Shown here one piece after another: positions 9,707 through 19,806 of a stretch of DNA of 64,000 bases. Numbering within the stretch: the stretch's first letter is position 1; each line of letters opens with the position of its first letter. The DNA is from Shigella phage phi25-307. The position numbers and the translations under genes were made by a program. The stretch lies in sequence record MG589383, one strand, 5' to 3'. Below the pieces are notes generated by a model. The model was given only the letters and a program-made list of their open reading frames with translations. It ran no database searches and had not been told where the DNA came from.

Positions 9707-10342
9707 TCATTGTTCGCCTCGTAACATGGCACCTAGTGCACCGCCAGGGTGGAACTTAAGGAAGTCATTAGAGGTAAATCCACGTTCAGACGAAAGGTTG
9801 ATAGCAAACGTATCGATAAGCGCTAACAACAATGTAGTGGACATAGTCGGAGCCAGAGAATTCTCATCAACCTCTACTGCGATGCCTGTACAGAAAGAGT
9901 AATCAAAAAGGGCTTCATTTTCTTGTGGAATGTCTGGGTTACAATGCAACAGAATCTGTTTGACGTTCGGACGAATCATTTTAAGATGCTTAGCCACACC
10001 TATCATTTCTTCAGTTTTACCAGAACGACTAATATGAATCAACACATCATTAGGCGCAATGAATCCTGCATCACCGTGAGAATAATGCCCGGTGTTCAAG
10101 TACATACTCGGGATACCGAGTGAAGCAAATGTCTCAGAAGCTTTAGTTGCAATATTAGCATTCTTACCAACACCTGTAATAATTACTCGGCTTTCATAAT
10201 TACTAAGTCCCGGACGTCGAAGAGTTTCTAGAATAGCATTATAACGAGCAGGGTTTTGACTAATTACTTTGGCCATAGCGGCCAAAGAAGAAGATTGTTT
10301 TATGATTGCGTCAATAGCGATAGTAATAGGAGTAGTTTTCAT
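9707..10342 (-). CDS. SIS-domain arabinose-5-phosphate isomerase (KdsD/GutQ family)
   Basis: ITGVGKNANIATKASETFASLGIPS...HGDAG...ISRSGKTEE...HPGGALG aligns to KdsD SIS core. Confidence 0.85.
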   Translation of the reverse strand: MKTTPITIAIDAIIKQSSSLAAMAKVISQNPARYNAILETLRRPGLSNYESRVIITGVGKNANIATKASETFASLGIPSMYLNTGHYSHGDAGFIAPNDVLIHISRSGKTEEMIGVAKHLKMIRPNVKQILLHCNPDIPQENEALFDYSFCTGIAVEVDENSLAPTMSTTLLLALIDTFAINLSSERGFTSNDFLKFHPGGALGAMLRGEQ

Positions 10343-10382
10343 ATTTCTCTCATTTAATTAGTTTACCGTCCATGTCATTATA

Positions 10383-13094
10383 TCAAAAATCGAACATATC
10401 GAACAGAGATGCTTTCTTCTCGTAATCGAGTTTCGCTGCTGATGTGAATCCTTCAAGTGGTTTAATAAATGTCTTCTCAAGGAGAACAGTGTAGTCCATC
10501 CAATGAAGTACGTCGTCTTTAATTAAATCTGTGATTTCAGTACCAGAAGGCCATGCGATACATTTATCACCGAATGGGTTTCCTTCACGTAAAGGCAGAA
10601 CATATACTTTTTCACCTTCTACAACTTGTGGTGCATCGATATTACCTTTGATAGCACGGTTATACGTCAGAATTCCACGAATATGGAACGGGCATTTGGG
10701 ACCAGGGAATCCACCTACATCGTATTTAGCAATGTTATTCGCAGAAGATACCGACGCGATGCTAATATAATTCAATTGACGGAATTCTTTTTCAAACTCT
10801 TTAAAATATTCTTGTAATGATTCTTCACCTTCTTGAAGCATACGACGAATACATTCTTTAAGAGCTTTCTGTACTGCTTTAGGAGTCGAAGATTTCTGAG
10901 TCTCTAGACCCATGATTTTGAGTTTAGGCTCAGCGTAACGAGTACCTTCCATATCCCATACGTTTAATGCATAACGTTTCTTACCAGTCCAGAATCCACC
11001 AATACCTTTAGAACCAAGTGGAGGCCCAGCGATAGCTTCTCGGTCCATGAACATTAAGTGTTGTTTATTGTTCATGTATTCACACATTTCACGGAAACCT
11101 CTATCAATAGCTGGTTCCATACGTTCACGTGCAAACTTATCTAAGAAGTCTACCCAATGGTTGGTATCACGGAATTTAGATTCACCAACCTTATCGATAA
11201 TTTTATCAGCAGATACGTAAATAGAGTCTGTATCACCATAAAGAACGAAAGCTTCACCTTCTGTACCGCAAACTTCATTCAGATATTCATTAACTTTACG
11301 TTCAATCCACTGTAAAGCCATTTGTCCGAATGTTGTGATTGCAGTAGCATTACGCAAATCATAATAACGGAACCAAACGTTGCCAAGTGCACCATAAAGT
11401 GAGTTGATAAGCAATTTACGGTTAATTTGGGCAGTCATACCTGCAACTTCAGTACGTTGAGCTCTAAACAACATTTCATTAAGAGATTTAGCAGACAACT
11501 TTTTAATCTTTTCTTTAATCTCATCGCTGAAGTCGAAACGATAATCAACATCTAATGGTTCGTCAACAGAAAGATTAGGATTATGCAATGCCTCTTTAAT
11601 TATTTCACCATTACGTTGAGCTGCAAGCATGTAACCTTTATGTTCTTTACGTTGATTAAAGACCTTAGTGATTTCAGTTGGAACTACACCATCACGGTCT
11701 TTATAATACATCATGCCGTTAGGAGAACAACTGTACACATCAGAAGGACGTTCAGCAACAGCGTTAATATAATCATGCAATGGAGCTACTTTAAACGTTC
11801 CTGCTATTGTTTCTGGGCTAATATTCACTTGGCGAATAATACTTGGATACAGAGATGTAAGGTCGAAACTCATTACATATTTGTATCGATTTGGAATAGG
11901 TTCCTTAACAAAAGCGCCAGGATAAGGTTGAACCGGGTGAGAACGACCTTGTGGAATCACCTTGTTCTGCTCTTTAAGGCTATTAAAAATAATAGCATCC
12001 CATGTTTTAATTGGGCTAAATACAGATTGAATCTGAATTTTAGCATAATAACCCATGTCCAAACTCAAGTTGATGAACTGACGCTTAGCATCAATTTGCA
12101 ATACACGATACACATCGATAATGTTATAAGAAATATATCGTTGGTGATTGCTTTCACGAAGCTTAGAAATAGGGCCGTCATATTTCAGTTTACCAACGTT
12201 CAATTCAAATTCTGAAATGTAATCCAGAGAATATGACGGTTGATTGGTAAAAGAGAATTTTTTGTAAAGGTCAATGTAATCAAGAACAGAGATACCGAAC
12301 AATGTAATGATTTCACGAGAACCATACATGTTTTCGATAACTTTAACACGAGTTTTACGATGTGGTGATAAACGTTTCGCAGTAGATTCGCCAAAAATAT
12401 TCTTGATTCGGTTATACACATACGGAATATCAAATGACTCAACGTTCCATCCAGTCAAAATGACAGGAGTTTTCTGTTGCCAGAAGTTGAGATATTCCAT
12501 CAACAATTCTTTTTCGTTATCGAACGGCATATAAATGATTTTATCGATAATTTCGGATGGAACTTCATCACCACCTTGTTCTTGAAGCTTAGCCGCAATT
12601 TCGATAGACCATTCTTCTACATTACCATATGGAGAATTCAATAGATCAAATACGTAGAACCTGTCGTCAATTGAGTCATAATGGGTGATAGCATCAATCG
12701 GATGTTTTGCTTGTGAAGGCTCAGGGAACCCATCCGGAGATGTTACTTCGATGTCGAAGTTAGCCGCACGAATTTTTGTATGGTCGTATTTGATTTCATA
12801 GTTATAAGTGTCAGACAAATACGCCAATTTGAAATCGTCCATGCCAAGTGCTTCAAGACCGATATCTTCCATGCGTTTAATCCATTGGGAGGCATCACGC
12901 ATATTAGCGAACAACTTACGAGTACACGGCTTACCGTAGATATCGAAATATTTCGTAGCCTGACTTTCCGGACAATGAGCAAACAGTGATGGTTTATATT
13001 CTACTTCACGAGTACGTTCACGGCCGTTAGAATCGATGTAACGTTCAAAAATTGAATCACCAATCTGTTCAACCGTTAAGTAAAATTCTTTCAT
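10383..13094 (-). CDS. 43: DNA polymerase gp43 (family B)
   Basis: 903 aa; exo motifs FDIEV, NIIDVYRVL; YGDTDS polymerase motif; matches recalled RB69 gp43. Confidence 0.97.
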   Translation of the reverse strand: MKEFYLTVEQIGDSIFERYIDSNGRERTREVEYKPSLFAHCPESQATKYFDIYGKPCTRKLFANMRDASQWIKRMEDIGLEALGMDDFKLAYLSDTYNYEIKYDHTKIRAANFDIEVTSPDGFPEPSQAKHPIDAITHYDSIDDRFYVFDLLNSPYGNVEEWSIEIAAKLQEQGGDEVPSEIIDKIIYMPFDNEKELLMEYLNFWQQKTPVILTGWNVESFDIPYVYNRIKNIFGESTAKRLSPHRKTRVKVIENMYGSREIITLFGISVLDYIDLYKKFSFTNQPSYSLDYISEFELNVGKLKYDGPISKLRESNHQRYISYNIIDVYRVLQIDAKRQFINLSLDMGYYAKIQIQSVFSPIKTWDAIIFNSLKEQNKVIPQGRSHPVQPYPGAFVKEPIPNRYKYVMSFDLTSLYPSIIRQVNISPETIAGTFKVAPLHDYINAVAERPSDVYSCSPNGMMYYKDRDGVVPTEITKVFNQRKEHKGYMLAAQRNGEIIKEALHNPNLSVDEPLDVDYRFDFSDEIKEKIKKLSAKSLNEMLFRAQRTEVAGMTAQINRKLLINSLYGALGNVWFRYYDLRNATAITTFGQMALQWIERKVNEYLNEVCGTEGEAFVLYGDTDSIYVSADKIIDKVGESKFRDTNHWVDFLDKFARERMEPAIDRGFREMCEYMNNKQHLMFMDREAIAGPPLGSKGIGGFWTGKKRYALNVWDMEGTRYAEPKLKIMGLETQKSSTPKAVQKALKECIRRMLQEGEESLQEYFKEFEKEFRQLNYISIASVSSANNIAKYDVGGFPGPKCPFHIRGILTYNRAIKGNIDAPQVVEGEKVYVLPLREGNPFGDKCIAWPSGTEITDLIKDDVLHWMDYTVLLEKTFIKPLEGFTSAAKLDYEKKASLFDMFDF

Positions 13095-13106
13095 TTAATT
13101 TCCTTT

Positions 13107-13122
13107 AGACGAGTTATTGTCT
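13107..13122 (-). promoter_or_regulatory. gene 43 translational operator hairpin (stem AGAC/GUCU, loop AAUAACUC)
   Basis: minus strand AGAC-AATAACTC-GTCT then AAAGGAAATTAA-ATG; loop identical to the known T4 gp43 operator loop. Confidence 0.6.
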
Positions 13123-13150
13123 TTTGTTTGTTGATGAACTTATTATACTC

Positions 13151-13168
13151 CAAATGGGACCGAAGTCC
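13151..13168 (-). terminator. hairpin ATGGGAC-UUCG-GUCCCAU between regA and 43 (terminator or RNA-stability element)
   Basis: 7 bp stem with UUCG tetraloop on minus strand; weak U-tract. Confidence 0.4.
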
Positions 13169-13175
13169 CATTGCT

Positions 13176-13544
13176 TTAATTACCAATTGTATATTTTGCT
13201 TTCAAAGTCCAGTCATCTTTCTGTTTAAAAGAGATAACACGGAAGTTATTAGTCAGGCCAAACAGATCTTCACGAGCAGAGTCTTCAATAACAATCAATC
13301 CCCATTCTTCAAGCAACTGGGCAATCGAATCACGTCGCTGATAGTCTTCACCGTCAATATCAACCTGACGTCCATCCATACGCAACATTTCTTTAAAGTG
13401 GACGATATAGTACTTACCTTGCTTTTGGAGGATATGACAAGACTGGTAAAGGACTTTATCCTTGTTATTAGCGATGCCCATACGAGTCAGAGTCTCTTTG
13501 ACTTTCAGAAAATCTTCAGGGTTCTTCAATTTAATTTCAATCAT
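13176..13544 (-). CDS. regA: RegA translational repressor
   Basis: MIEIKLKNPEDFLKVKETLTRMGIANNKDKVLYQSCHIL... matches T4 RegA; ATG at 13544. Confidence 0.85.
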   Translation of the reverse strand: MIEIKLKNPEDFLKVKETLTRMGIANNKDKVLYQSCHILQKQGKYYIVHFKEMLRMDGRQVDIDGEDYQRRDSIAQLLEEWGLIVIEDSAREDLFGLTNNFRVISFKQKDDWTLKAKYTIGN

Positions 13545-13546
13545 TT

Positions 13547-14110
13547 TTACCATTCCAATGCTAATTTTTTAAATTGTTTTTGTTCTTTCACATTTTTTGT
13601 AACTTCTTTGAGAAACTCATCAGTGACCATGGCCTTCAGTTCTTTAAGGACTATTGGCAACTTGTTATTTTTTTCAAGGAGCCGCTTATACTCAGTAGCA
13701 TCATTCATGTTGATTGTGTAATGTTTCATCAACAGTTTGATAACTAGTAACTCTGAAGTGTCTTCGACTAGTTTAGCCCATTTAGAGAATCGACGACCAC
13801 GCGGAATTGCCGCCATCATATAGTTGAAGTGCGCTTCATCACTTAATTCAGAACCGACTAAGTTCATCATGTAAACAGCTGGCATACATTCTGGGAACTG
13901 GGATAATGAGTTCTCAACCATAAATTTTGAGTAGTCGACCTGAGCAATTGACATAGATTTCTTTTCATTAATAGCATTAATGATTTTAAAGAATTCATTC
14001 TCAGGTTTTTCTTTAAACATATCAGCACATTTTTGAATCGCATCGGCGTCATTAGACTTCCATGCAATTTGGTGCTCGTTAAGCTGGACGTCATCATCGA
14101 ATAAGTTCAT
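13547..14110 (-). CDS. 62: gp62 clamp-loader small subunit
   Basis: 187 aa, position between regA and 44. Confidence 0.8.
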   Translation of the reverse strand: MNLFDDDVQLNEHQIAWKSNDADAIQKCADMFKEKPENEFFKIINAINEKKSMSIAQVDYSKFMVENSLSQFPECMPAVYMMNLVGSELSDEAHFNYMMAAIPRGRRFSKWAKLVEDTSELLVIKLLMKHYTINMNDATEYKRLLEKNNKLPIVLKELKAMVTDEFLKEVTKNVKEQKQFKKLALEW

Positions 14111-14111
14111 A

Positions 14112-15074
14112 TTATTTCCAAGTTAGTTCGCAGGTCAGTTGAAGAAGCATATACATAACATGTAATTCAATATTACTTGCTAATCCATGAAACTTATTGT
14201 TTTCGCCTGCAATTTCATAAAGCGAAATAATACTTTTACCAGGTGCAACTTGGTCATAACATTCTGAAACTAATTTATCGATGAACCATGAATAATCTGC
14301 GGCATATTTTGGAGCTAATGCACGAAGCTGTTTGATATCTTTGTTCTTCATTGCTTCGATGACATCAGAGACTGTGCCACGGTCGTTAGTTACGATAGAC
14401 AAAATACCCGCATCAAGAACACCTTTAGACGAGTACTGGTCTAATTGACCAATTGTACGACGAAAGTCCGGGAAGTTCTTTTTAACCAGAGCTGCAACAA
14501 CTTTCATATCAGCGATTTCGATATTTTCGTTCTTACAGATTTCAACCATACGATGAATCATTTTCTTCATCATCGAGATTTTATCTTCTTCCGTTGGACG
14601 TCCGAATTCGATAACTCGACAACGACTACGTAATGGTTCAATAATTCCATCGATGTTGTTAGCAGTAATAATAATAGAACAGTTACTAGAGAATTCTTCC
14701 ATAAACGTACGAAGGTGACGTTGTGATTCGGCGAGGCCACTACGGTCAAATTCATCGATAACAATAACTTTTGGCTTGCCTTCCATTGAGACTGAACGAG
14801 CAAATGCAGTTAACGGACCACGCACAAAATCAATTTTACAATCGGAACCGTTGACGAACATCATTTCGGCATTGATATCATTACATAATGCTTTTGCTAC
14901 GGTTGTTTTACCTGTACCCGGAGAAGGAGAGTGCAAAATAATATGAGGAAGTTTTCCTTTAGATACTAAAGACTTGAATGTTTCATGGTCATACGCAGGC
15001 AGAATACATTCGTCAATGGAAGAAGGACGATATTTCTGTTCTAGAATGTGTTCTTTGGGATTGATAGTAATCAT
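14112..15074 (-). CDS. 44: gp44 clamp-loader ATPase (RFC-like AAA+)
   Basis: 320 aa; Walker [10 protein letters not shown]; Walker B VIVIDEFD; SRC motif. Confidence 0.9.
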   Translation of the reverse strand: MITINPKEHILEQKYRPSSIDECILPAYDHETFKSLVSKGKLPHIILHSPSPGTGKTTVAKALCNDINAEMMFVNGSDCKIDFVRGPLTAFARSVSMEGKPKVIVIDEFDRSGLAESQRHLRTFMEEFSSNCSIIITANNIDGIIEPLRSRCRVIEFGRPTEEDKISMMKKMIHRMVEICKNENIEIADMKVVAALVKKNFPDFRRTIGQLDQYSSKGVLDAGILSIVTNDRGTVSDVIEAMKNKDIKQLRALAPKYAADYSWFIDKLVSECYDQVAPGKSIISLYEIAGENNKFHGLASNIELHVMYMLLQLTCELTWK

Positions 15075-15149
15075 GTAATTTTCCTCATTATCATTAAACT
15101 GGAGGATTTCTCCTCCATAATCGTATCACAATAAACGTAAAGCTTTGAC

Positions 15150-15836
15150 TTAGAAGTCGTGAGTAGAATCGGCTTCCATTGCAATAACATAACTTACTTG
15201 AGAGCTTTCAAACTTGGCTGCAACTTTATCACCAGCTCCCCACAACATTACTTTATAGTTACCTGGCTGGATTTTCATATTAGCCATATTGATTACGAAG
15301 TTAAAATTGTTAGAACCGTCATAATCGGTAAGAGTCAAAGAATACTTAGGACGAGTTAAGCCAGAATCTTCAACTTTATTATAGCCGTTGATAACAATTT
15401 TACCATCTTTATTTGTAATAGCAATTGTATCAATCTGAAGACCACGTGAAACTCGAAGCAATTGTTGAAGGTCTTCAGCTTTAATTTCAGTAATCACAGA
15501 AGCCACTGGGAATTGAATTGGCTTATTAGGAAAAACAATGGTGCTCTTGTCAGCGGCAGGCCAATAAACCGTGGAACGTGTATCTGCAATTTTAATATTG
15601 CCATCGGTGTGCATCGAAATTTCAGCATCATCAGACACTAGACTCAAAATGCTTAAGAAGCTATTCAAATCATAAAGTGCTACGTCAAAATCAATTTCAT
15701 CAGAGATATTTGCTTCCGCATAAGTGGTGCCATTAACTGCACGAGTCATAATAAATTTACCTTGACTCAGCAGAATGCCGGAGTTAATAGAGGCAAAGTT
15801 TTTCAGAATAGCGATAGTATCTTTAGACAGTTTCAT
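15150..15836 (-). CDS. 45: gp45 sliding clamp
   Basis: MKLSKDTIAILKNFASINSGI... collinear with T4 gp45; internal ATG at 15836 used. Confidence 0.9.
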   Translation of the reverse strand: MKLSKDTIAILKNFASINSGILLSQGKFIMTRAVNGTTYAEANISDEIDFDVALYDLNSFLSILSLVSDDAEISMHTDGNIKIADTRSTVYWPAADKSTIVFPNKPIQFPVASVITEIKAEDLQQLLRVSRGLQIDTIAITNKDGKIVINGYNKVEDSGLTRPKYSLTLTDYDGSNNFNFVINMANMKIQPGNYKVMLWGAGDKVAAKFESSQVSYVIAMEADSTHDF

Positions 15837-15876
15837 TTTATTTCCTTTCAAGACAATTCAAAGTTTAACAAATTTA

Positions 15877-16293
15877 TTATGCAGCAACCATTTGCTTTTT
15901 AATAGCTTCAGGCAGTGATTCAATATATTCTGGAATTTTAGAAGCAACAATTTCGCCAGCTGCAATTAGTTGTTCGTCGGCATCAACACAATAGAAATCT
16001 TCCAGACGCTCAGAACCATCTTTATCGAGAACGATTTTTCCGCCGGCTTCAATAGAATCTTTATAGTGCTTACGCATCAGATGAATCCACATATCAGATA
16101 CATCGTTATCAATAAAACCATAAATCATAAAACGAGTTTCTTGTGGCAAAGATTGGAGTTTTTTAGCACTTGCGTCATCACAATGCAGGACCCATGCTTT
16201 ACGAACACGATTATGGTTATGTGGGTTAGCGTCAGTACGGATAGAAGTAACTTTCAGATCAGCAGCAGTGAAACCTTTAGCAGTAGTAAACAT
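15877..16293 (-). CDS. rpbA: RpbA-like protein (by position)
   Basis: 138 aa ORF immediately downstream of 45 as in T4; no motif check possible. Confidence 0.4.
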   Translation of the reverse strand: MFTTAKGFTAADLKVTSIRTDANPHNHNRVRKAWVLHCDDASAKKLQSLPQETRFMIYGFIDNDVSDMWIHLMRKHYKDSIEAGGKIVLDKDGSERLEDFYCVDADEQLIAAGEIVASKIPEYIESLPEAIKKQMVAA

Positions 16294-16305
16294 ATTATTT
16301 CTCTC

Positions 16306-16506
16306 TTATTCGTAGAAGTCGGTAACTGTCCATGCGGAATTGCGATTAGACATTATTTTATTATACTCATCTTTAAAAGCAGATTTGAGCATTTGTTCAG
16401 TAACAATATGTTCTTCACCTGAAAACGTATTGGTCAAAACATATTTTTTAATTTCAGGGACAACGAGAAGATGTTGGCCGGTTGAATACTCCATGTTGTT
16501 CTCCAT
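16306..16506 (-). CDS. hypothetical protein (66 aa)
   Basis: small ORF with MotA-type promoter upstream. Confidence 0.4.
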   Translation of the reverse strand: MENNMEYSTGQHLLVVPEIKKYVLTNTFSGEEHIVTEQMLKSAFKDEYNKIMSNRNSAWTVTDFYE

Positions 16507-16521
16507 TTAATTTGATGTGGT

Positions 16522-16548
16522 CATTATAACCACATCGTGTTAAAGCGT
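16522..16548 (-). promoter_or_regulatory. middle (MotA-type) promoter candidate
   Basis: minus strand AACGCTTTA - 12 nt - TATAAT. Confidence 0.4.
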
Positions 16549-18237
16549 TTATGAAACAGTCATTACCGTAAATCGTCCAACTTTGCTCATCTGAAGATGC
16601 TGTCCATACCGTTGAGGGTCATGGTCTCGATGAGAGATAATGAACACATTAGTATTTTGTAAACTTCCAAGAATGGTATCTATAGCCTTAACAGCCTCAG
16701 AATCGACAGCGCCATCAAAAACCTCATCAAGAATCAGAGTGTTGATTTTAACACCAGAGACCTTTTCAGCAATATCTCGCCATGTAAACAACAATGCGAT
16801 ATCGATACGCGCTTTTTCGCCTTGACTAAATGAAGCATAACTGAACTCTTCACGGCCACGTGATTTTATAGATTCATTGAATTCTTCGTCAATAGAAAAC
16901 ACGTAATCAGCTTCCATGATTTTAAGATAATGGTTAATCTGCTTGTTGAACAGAGGCACATATTTTTTAATGATAGCACCTTTAATACCAGAATCTTTTA
17001 ACATATCTGTGATAATACCACGATGGTATTTTTCAAGAACGATATCCGATTTTGTTTTAATGATTTTATCAAGTTCTTTTTGAAGCAAAGCTATCTCATC
17101 AACATGGTCGATAAATTCCGCTGAGGCTTGTTCTATTGCAGCTTTAACTTTCTTAGCTTTATCAATAGTGGCAATCATTGCTTGTTTCTTGGTACGAATA
17201 TCAGATGCAAGGTCCTGTTTAGTCTTAACATTAGCTCTATATTCGTCCACTAGGACACTCAGATTATCTCTGTGGCATGTAAGTTGCTCGAATGAGTGAT
17301 TACATTCGTGAAGCTTATCGGTAATCTTAGAGACAATAGGATCACCCTGGTGCAACTGCGATGCACAAGTAGGACATGTACCACCATCATGATACATCTT
17401 AATAACTTTGTTATACGAGTCAATTTTAGATTTAATCAAGAATGCTTCTTGTCCTATCTTGTTGAATGCCTCAGTAGGGTCTTCATCAAGAACGATATTA
17501 AGTAGTCGCTCATTAGCTTCTTCGATTTCTGCTTTTAATGAACGAGCTTCTTTGGCTAGGTCGTCATACATGTTCTGTAGACGCGCTACGTTATCACCAG
17601 ATAATTTCTTTTGACGTTCGATATTCTCGTTATAAATCTTAATTTGTTGGATAATACCATCTTTCTTGGCATCGAGAACTTGTCCCTGGGAATTAAGTTC
17701 TCGAACTTGAGACTTATTGATTTTATCCATTTCAGCGAGTGTGCCGACTTCTAAAAGGTCTTCGACAAGTTTTCTGCGAGCAGGGGTGCTAAGAGCCATG
17801 AAAGGGGTATACCCTGCCGTCCCAAGCACAACGATTTGTTTAAAAGACGCGTATGACATTCCGATGCTACGTTCAAATTCTTCTTGGAAGTCACGACTGC
17901 TGGCAGATTCATCAAGACGAACACCGTCAACGGAGATTTCGAAAATATTGGGCTTTTGGCCACGTTTAATGAAGTATTTTTTACCATCGAATTCCATCCA
18001 AAGCTCAACTAAGAGCCCTTTCTTGTTCGTGCTATTAATGATTTGCCCTTTCTTAACATCACGAAATGGTTTACCGAAAAGTCCGAAAGTAATGGCTTCT
18101 AACATCGTAGATTTACCACCACCATTTTTACCAGTGATTAATGTCTTTTGGACTTTATCTAATTGGATATCAATAGGATTCCCACCTACCGACATGATGT
18201 TTTGATAACGAACACGATTTAATTTAAATGATTTCAT
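16549..18237 (-). CDS. 46: gp46 recombination nuclease ATPase subunit (Rad50/SbcC-like)
   Basis: 562 aa; Walker A GKNGGGKST at N-terminus, coiled-coil middle, CxxC hook CPTC, Walker B/D-loop LILDEVFD at C-terminus. Confidence 0.9.
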   Translation of the reverse strand: MKSFKLNRVRYQNIMSVGGNPIDIQLDKVQKTLITGKNGGGKSTMLEAITFGLFGKPFRDVKKGQIINSTNKKGLLVELWMEFDGKKYFIKRGQKPNIFEISVDGVRLDESASSRDFQEEFERSIGMSYASFKQIVVLGTAGYTPFMALSTPARRKLVEDLLEVGTLAEMDKINKSQVRELNSQGQVLDAKKDGIIQQIKIYNENIERQKKLSGDNVARLQNMYDDLAKEARSLKAEIEEANERLLNIVLDEDPTEAFNKIGQEAFLIKSKIDSYNKVIKMYHDGGTCPTCASQLHQGDPIVSKITDKLHECNHSFEQLTCHRDNLSVLVDEYRANVKTKQDLASDIRTKKQAMIATIDKAKKVKAAIEQASAEFIDHVDEIALLQKELDKIIKTKSDIVLEKYHRGIITDMLKDSGIKGAIIKKYVPLFNKQINHYLKIMEADYVFSIDEEFNESIKSRGREEFSYASFSQGEKARIDIALLFTWRDIAEKVSGVKINTLILDEVFDGAVDSEAVKAIDTILGSLQNTNVFIISHRDHDPQRYGQHLQMSKVGRFTVMTVS

Positions 18238-18488
18238 ATGTATTCTCTTCGAATGAAGTCCTCTACATATTTTAACATATCATCTCTATCAGCAAAATAT
18301 TCATCTAATTCTGCATACATAACAACACCCGGTGCGTACTCACAGGTAACATACATTGTTCCAAAGAAACGAGGAGTTGATTCCTCGTAATTCTCAGTCC
18401 ATTCAACGACACCAATATAACCGTCACCAATACTAAATTCATGACGTTGGATTTCATAATCAGTCTTCGTCATTATACGCGTCCTCAA
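18234..18488 (-). CDS. hypothetical protein (84 aa)
   Basis: ORF between 46 and 47. Confidence 0.45.
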   Translation of the reverse strand: MRTRIMTKTDYEIQRHEFSIGDGYIGVVEWTENYEESTPRFFGTMYVTCEYAPGVVMYAELDEYFADRDDMLKYVEDFIRREYI

Positions 18489-18717
18489 TACACGCTTCAG
18501 CCATTTTAAGAATAGAGCCAGGAGTATCGTTGTCCATTATATTAAAGCTAAATTCAATAGCCCAGTCAGTGTAGACATGAACTGCTTTAACTTCATTGCC
18601 TTCAACGCGTAATGGCTCAATCCAATACTTGATAGTGTTCTCGAATCCATCATCATCTTTAACGTCCATTTCAACTTCAAGCCTGAGTCCAGCATTGTTA
18701 AATTCATCTAAAGTCAT
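18460..18717 (-). CDS. hypothetical protein (85 aa)
   Basis: ORF between 46 and 47. Confidence 0.45.
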   Translation of the reverse strand: MTLDEFNNAGLRLEVEMDVKDDDGFENTIKYWIEPLRVEGNEVKAVHVYTDWAIEFSFNIMDNDTPGSILKMAEACIEDAYNDED

Positions 18718-19733
18718 TGTGTTGCCTCGATATAAAGTTCATTGGAATATTTGACCAGCGCTTCTCTGTCTTCGTCTGAGATATCTGGAATCGCGTCAAT
18801 ATATTCTTTAATGATATCTTGAAGTGATTTAATCTCGATTTCCTGGTCATCATCAGATTCAACGCTGTTATCAACTTTAGAAACCATACGAAGAGAGTGA
18901 ACTACTTTTTCAAGTTCAGATTCAAACTTAGTCAACTCTGAATCAATTTCTGATACTATAACACGTACGGCTAGATTAGTATAATCAGAATAATTGATTT
19001 TGCCTTTAAACGGATAAGTGATTCGTCGATGCCATGTTGTTTCATTAGGAATAAATTCCATACGTTCAACATCAGTGTCAAATACCCAGAATCCGCGTGG
19101 GTCGTTTTCATCACCTGCAGTAAGGGTCCATGGTGTCCCAATATATTTGACGTTAGCAGCTTCAGAGATTGTGTGGAAGTGGCCGGACCAGACTTGTTTA
19201 TAGGTCTTTAAAAAATCAGGTTCAAGCCCATGAGACTTCATTCCTTTATAGAAATAAAAACCATTCAGTTCCCAGTGCCCAACACAATACGCGGCAGAAG
19301 AAGTCTTGATGTGCTCTAAGATTTCACCAGTATTTTCTTCGCACATCCAAGGAATTAAATCAATCAAACATCCGTCAAAATCTACTGTAGTAGGCTTATC
19401 ATATACTTTAACATTAGGATATTTAGCTAAAAGCTCAGTAGAAGCGTTTGGAGTTAAAGTATTTTTAAAGTGCATATCATGGTTTCCTACAACAGTATGT
19501 AGGGTAATACCAGCATCATCAAGCATTTGAACTATTTCACGTGCGAACTCCATAGTTTTATGCGTGATTGCTTTTCGCACATCAAAAATATCGCCGTATT
19601 GAATCCATGTAGTAATTCCATTTTTCTTAGAATATTCTATCGCCTGCTTAATTCCATCCAACTGAATGGATTGAACCCACTCATCATCGGCTTTAACACC
19701 TAAATGCCAATCACCTAAATTTAAAATTTTCAT
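18714..19733 (-). CDS. 47: gp47 recombination nuclease (Mre11/SbcD-like phosphoesterase)
   Basis: 339 aa; N-terminal D-x-H (LGDWHLG) and GNHD calcineurin-like motifs. Confidence 0.9.
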   Translation of the reverse strand: MKILNLGDWHLGVKADDEWVQSIQLDGIKQAIEYSKKNGITTWIQYGDIFDVRKAITHKTMEFAREIVQMLDDAGITLHTVVGNHDMHFKNTLTPNASTELLAKYPNVKVYDKPTTVDFDGCLIDLIPWMCEENTGEILEHIKTSSAAYCVGHWELNGFYFYKGMKSHGLEPDFLKTYKQVWSGHFHTISEAANVKYIGTPWTLTAGDENDPRGFWVFDTDVERMEFIPNETTWHRRITYPFKGKINYSDYTNLAVRVIVSEIDSELTKFESELEKVVHSLRMVSKVDNSVESDDDQEIEIKSLQDIIKEYIDAIPDISDEDREALVKYSNELYIEATQ

Positions 19734-19779
19734 ATTATTTCCTCATTAGTTAATTCATTCTATCATCCGTTTATAAAGC

Positions 19780-19806
19780 AAAAAAAAAGGAACTCCGAAG
19801 AGTTCC
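19780..19806 (-). terminator. rho-independent terminator (GGAACUC-UUCG-GAGUUCC + U9)
   Basis: perfect 7 bp stem, UUCG tetraloop, nine-T run on minus strand. Confidence 0.65.
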
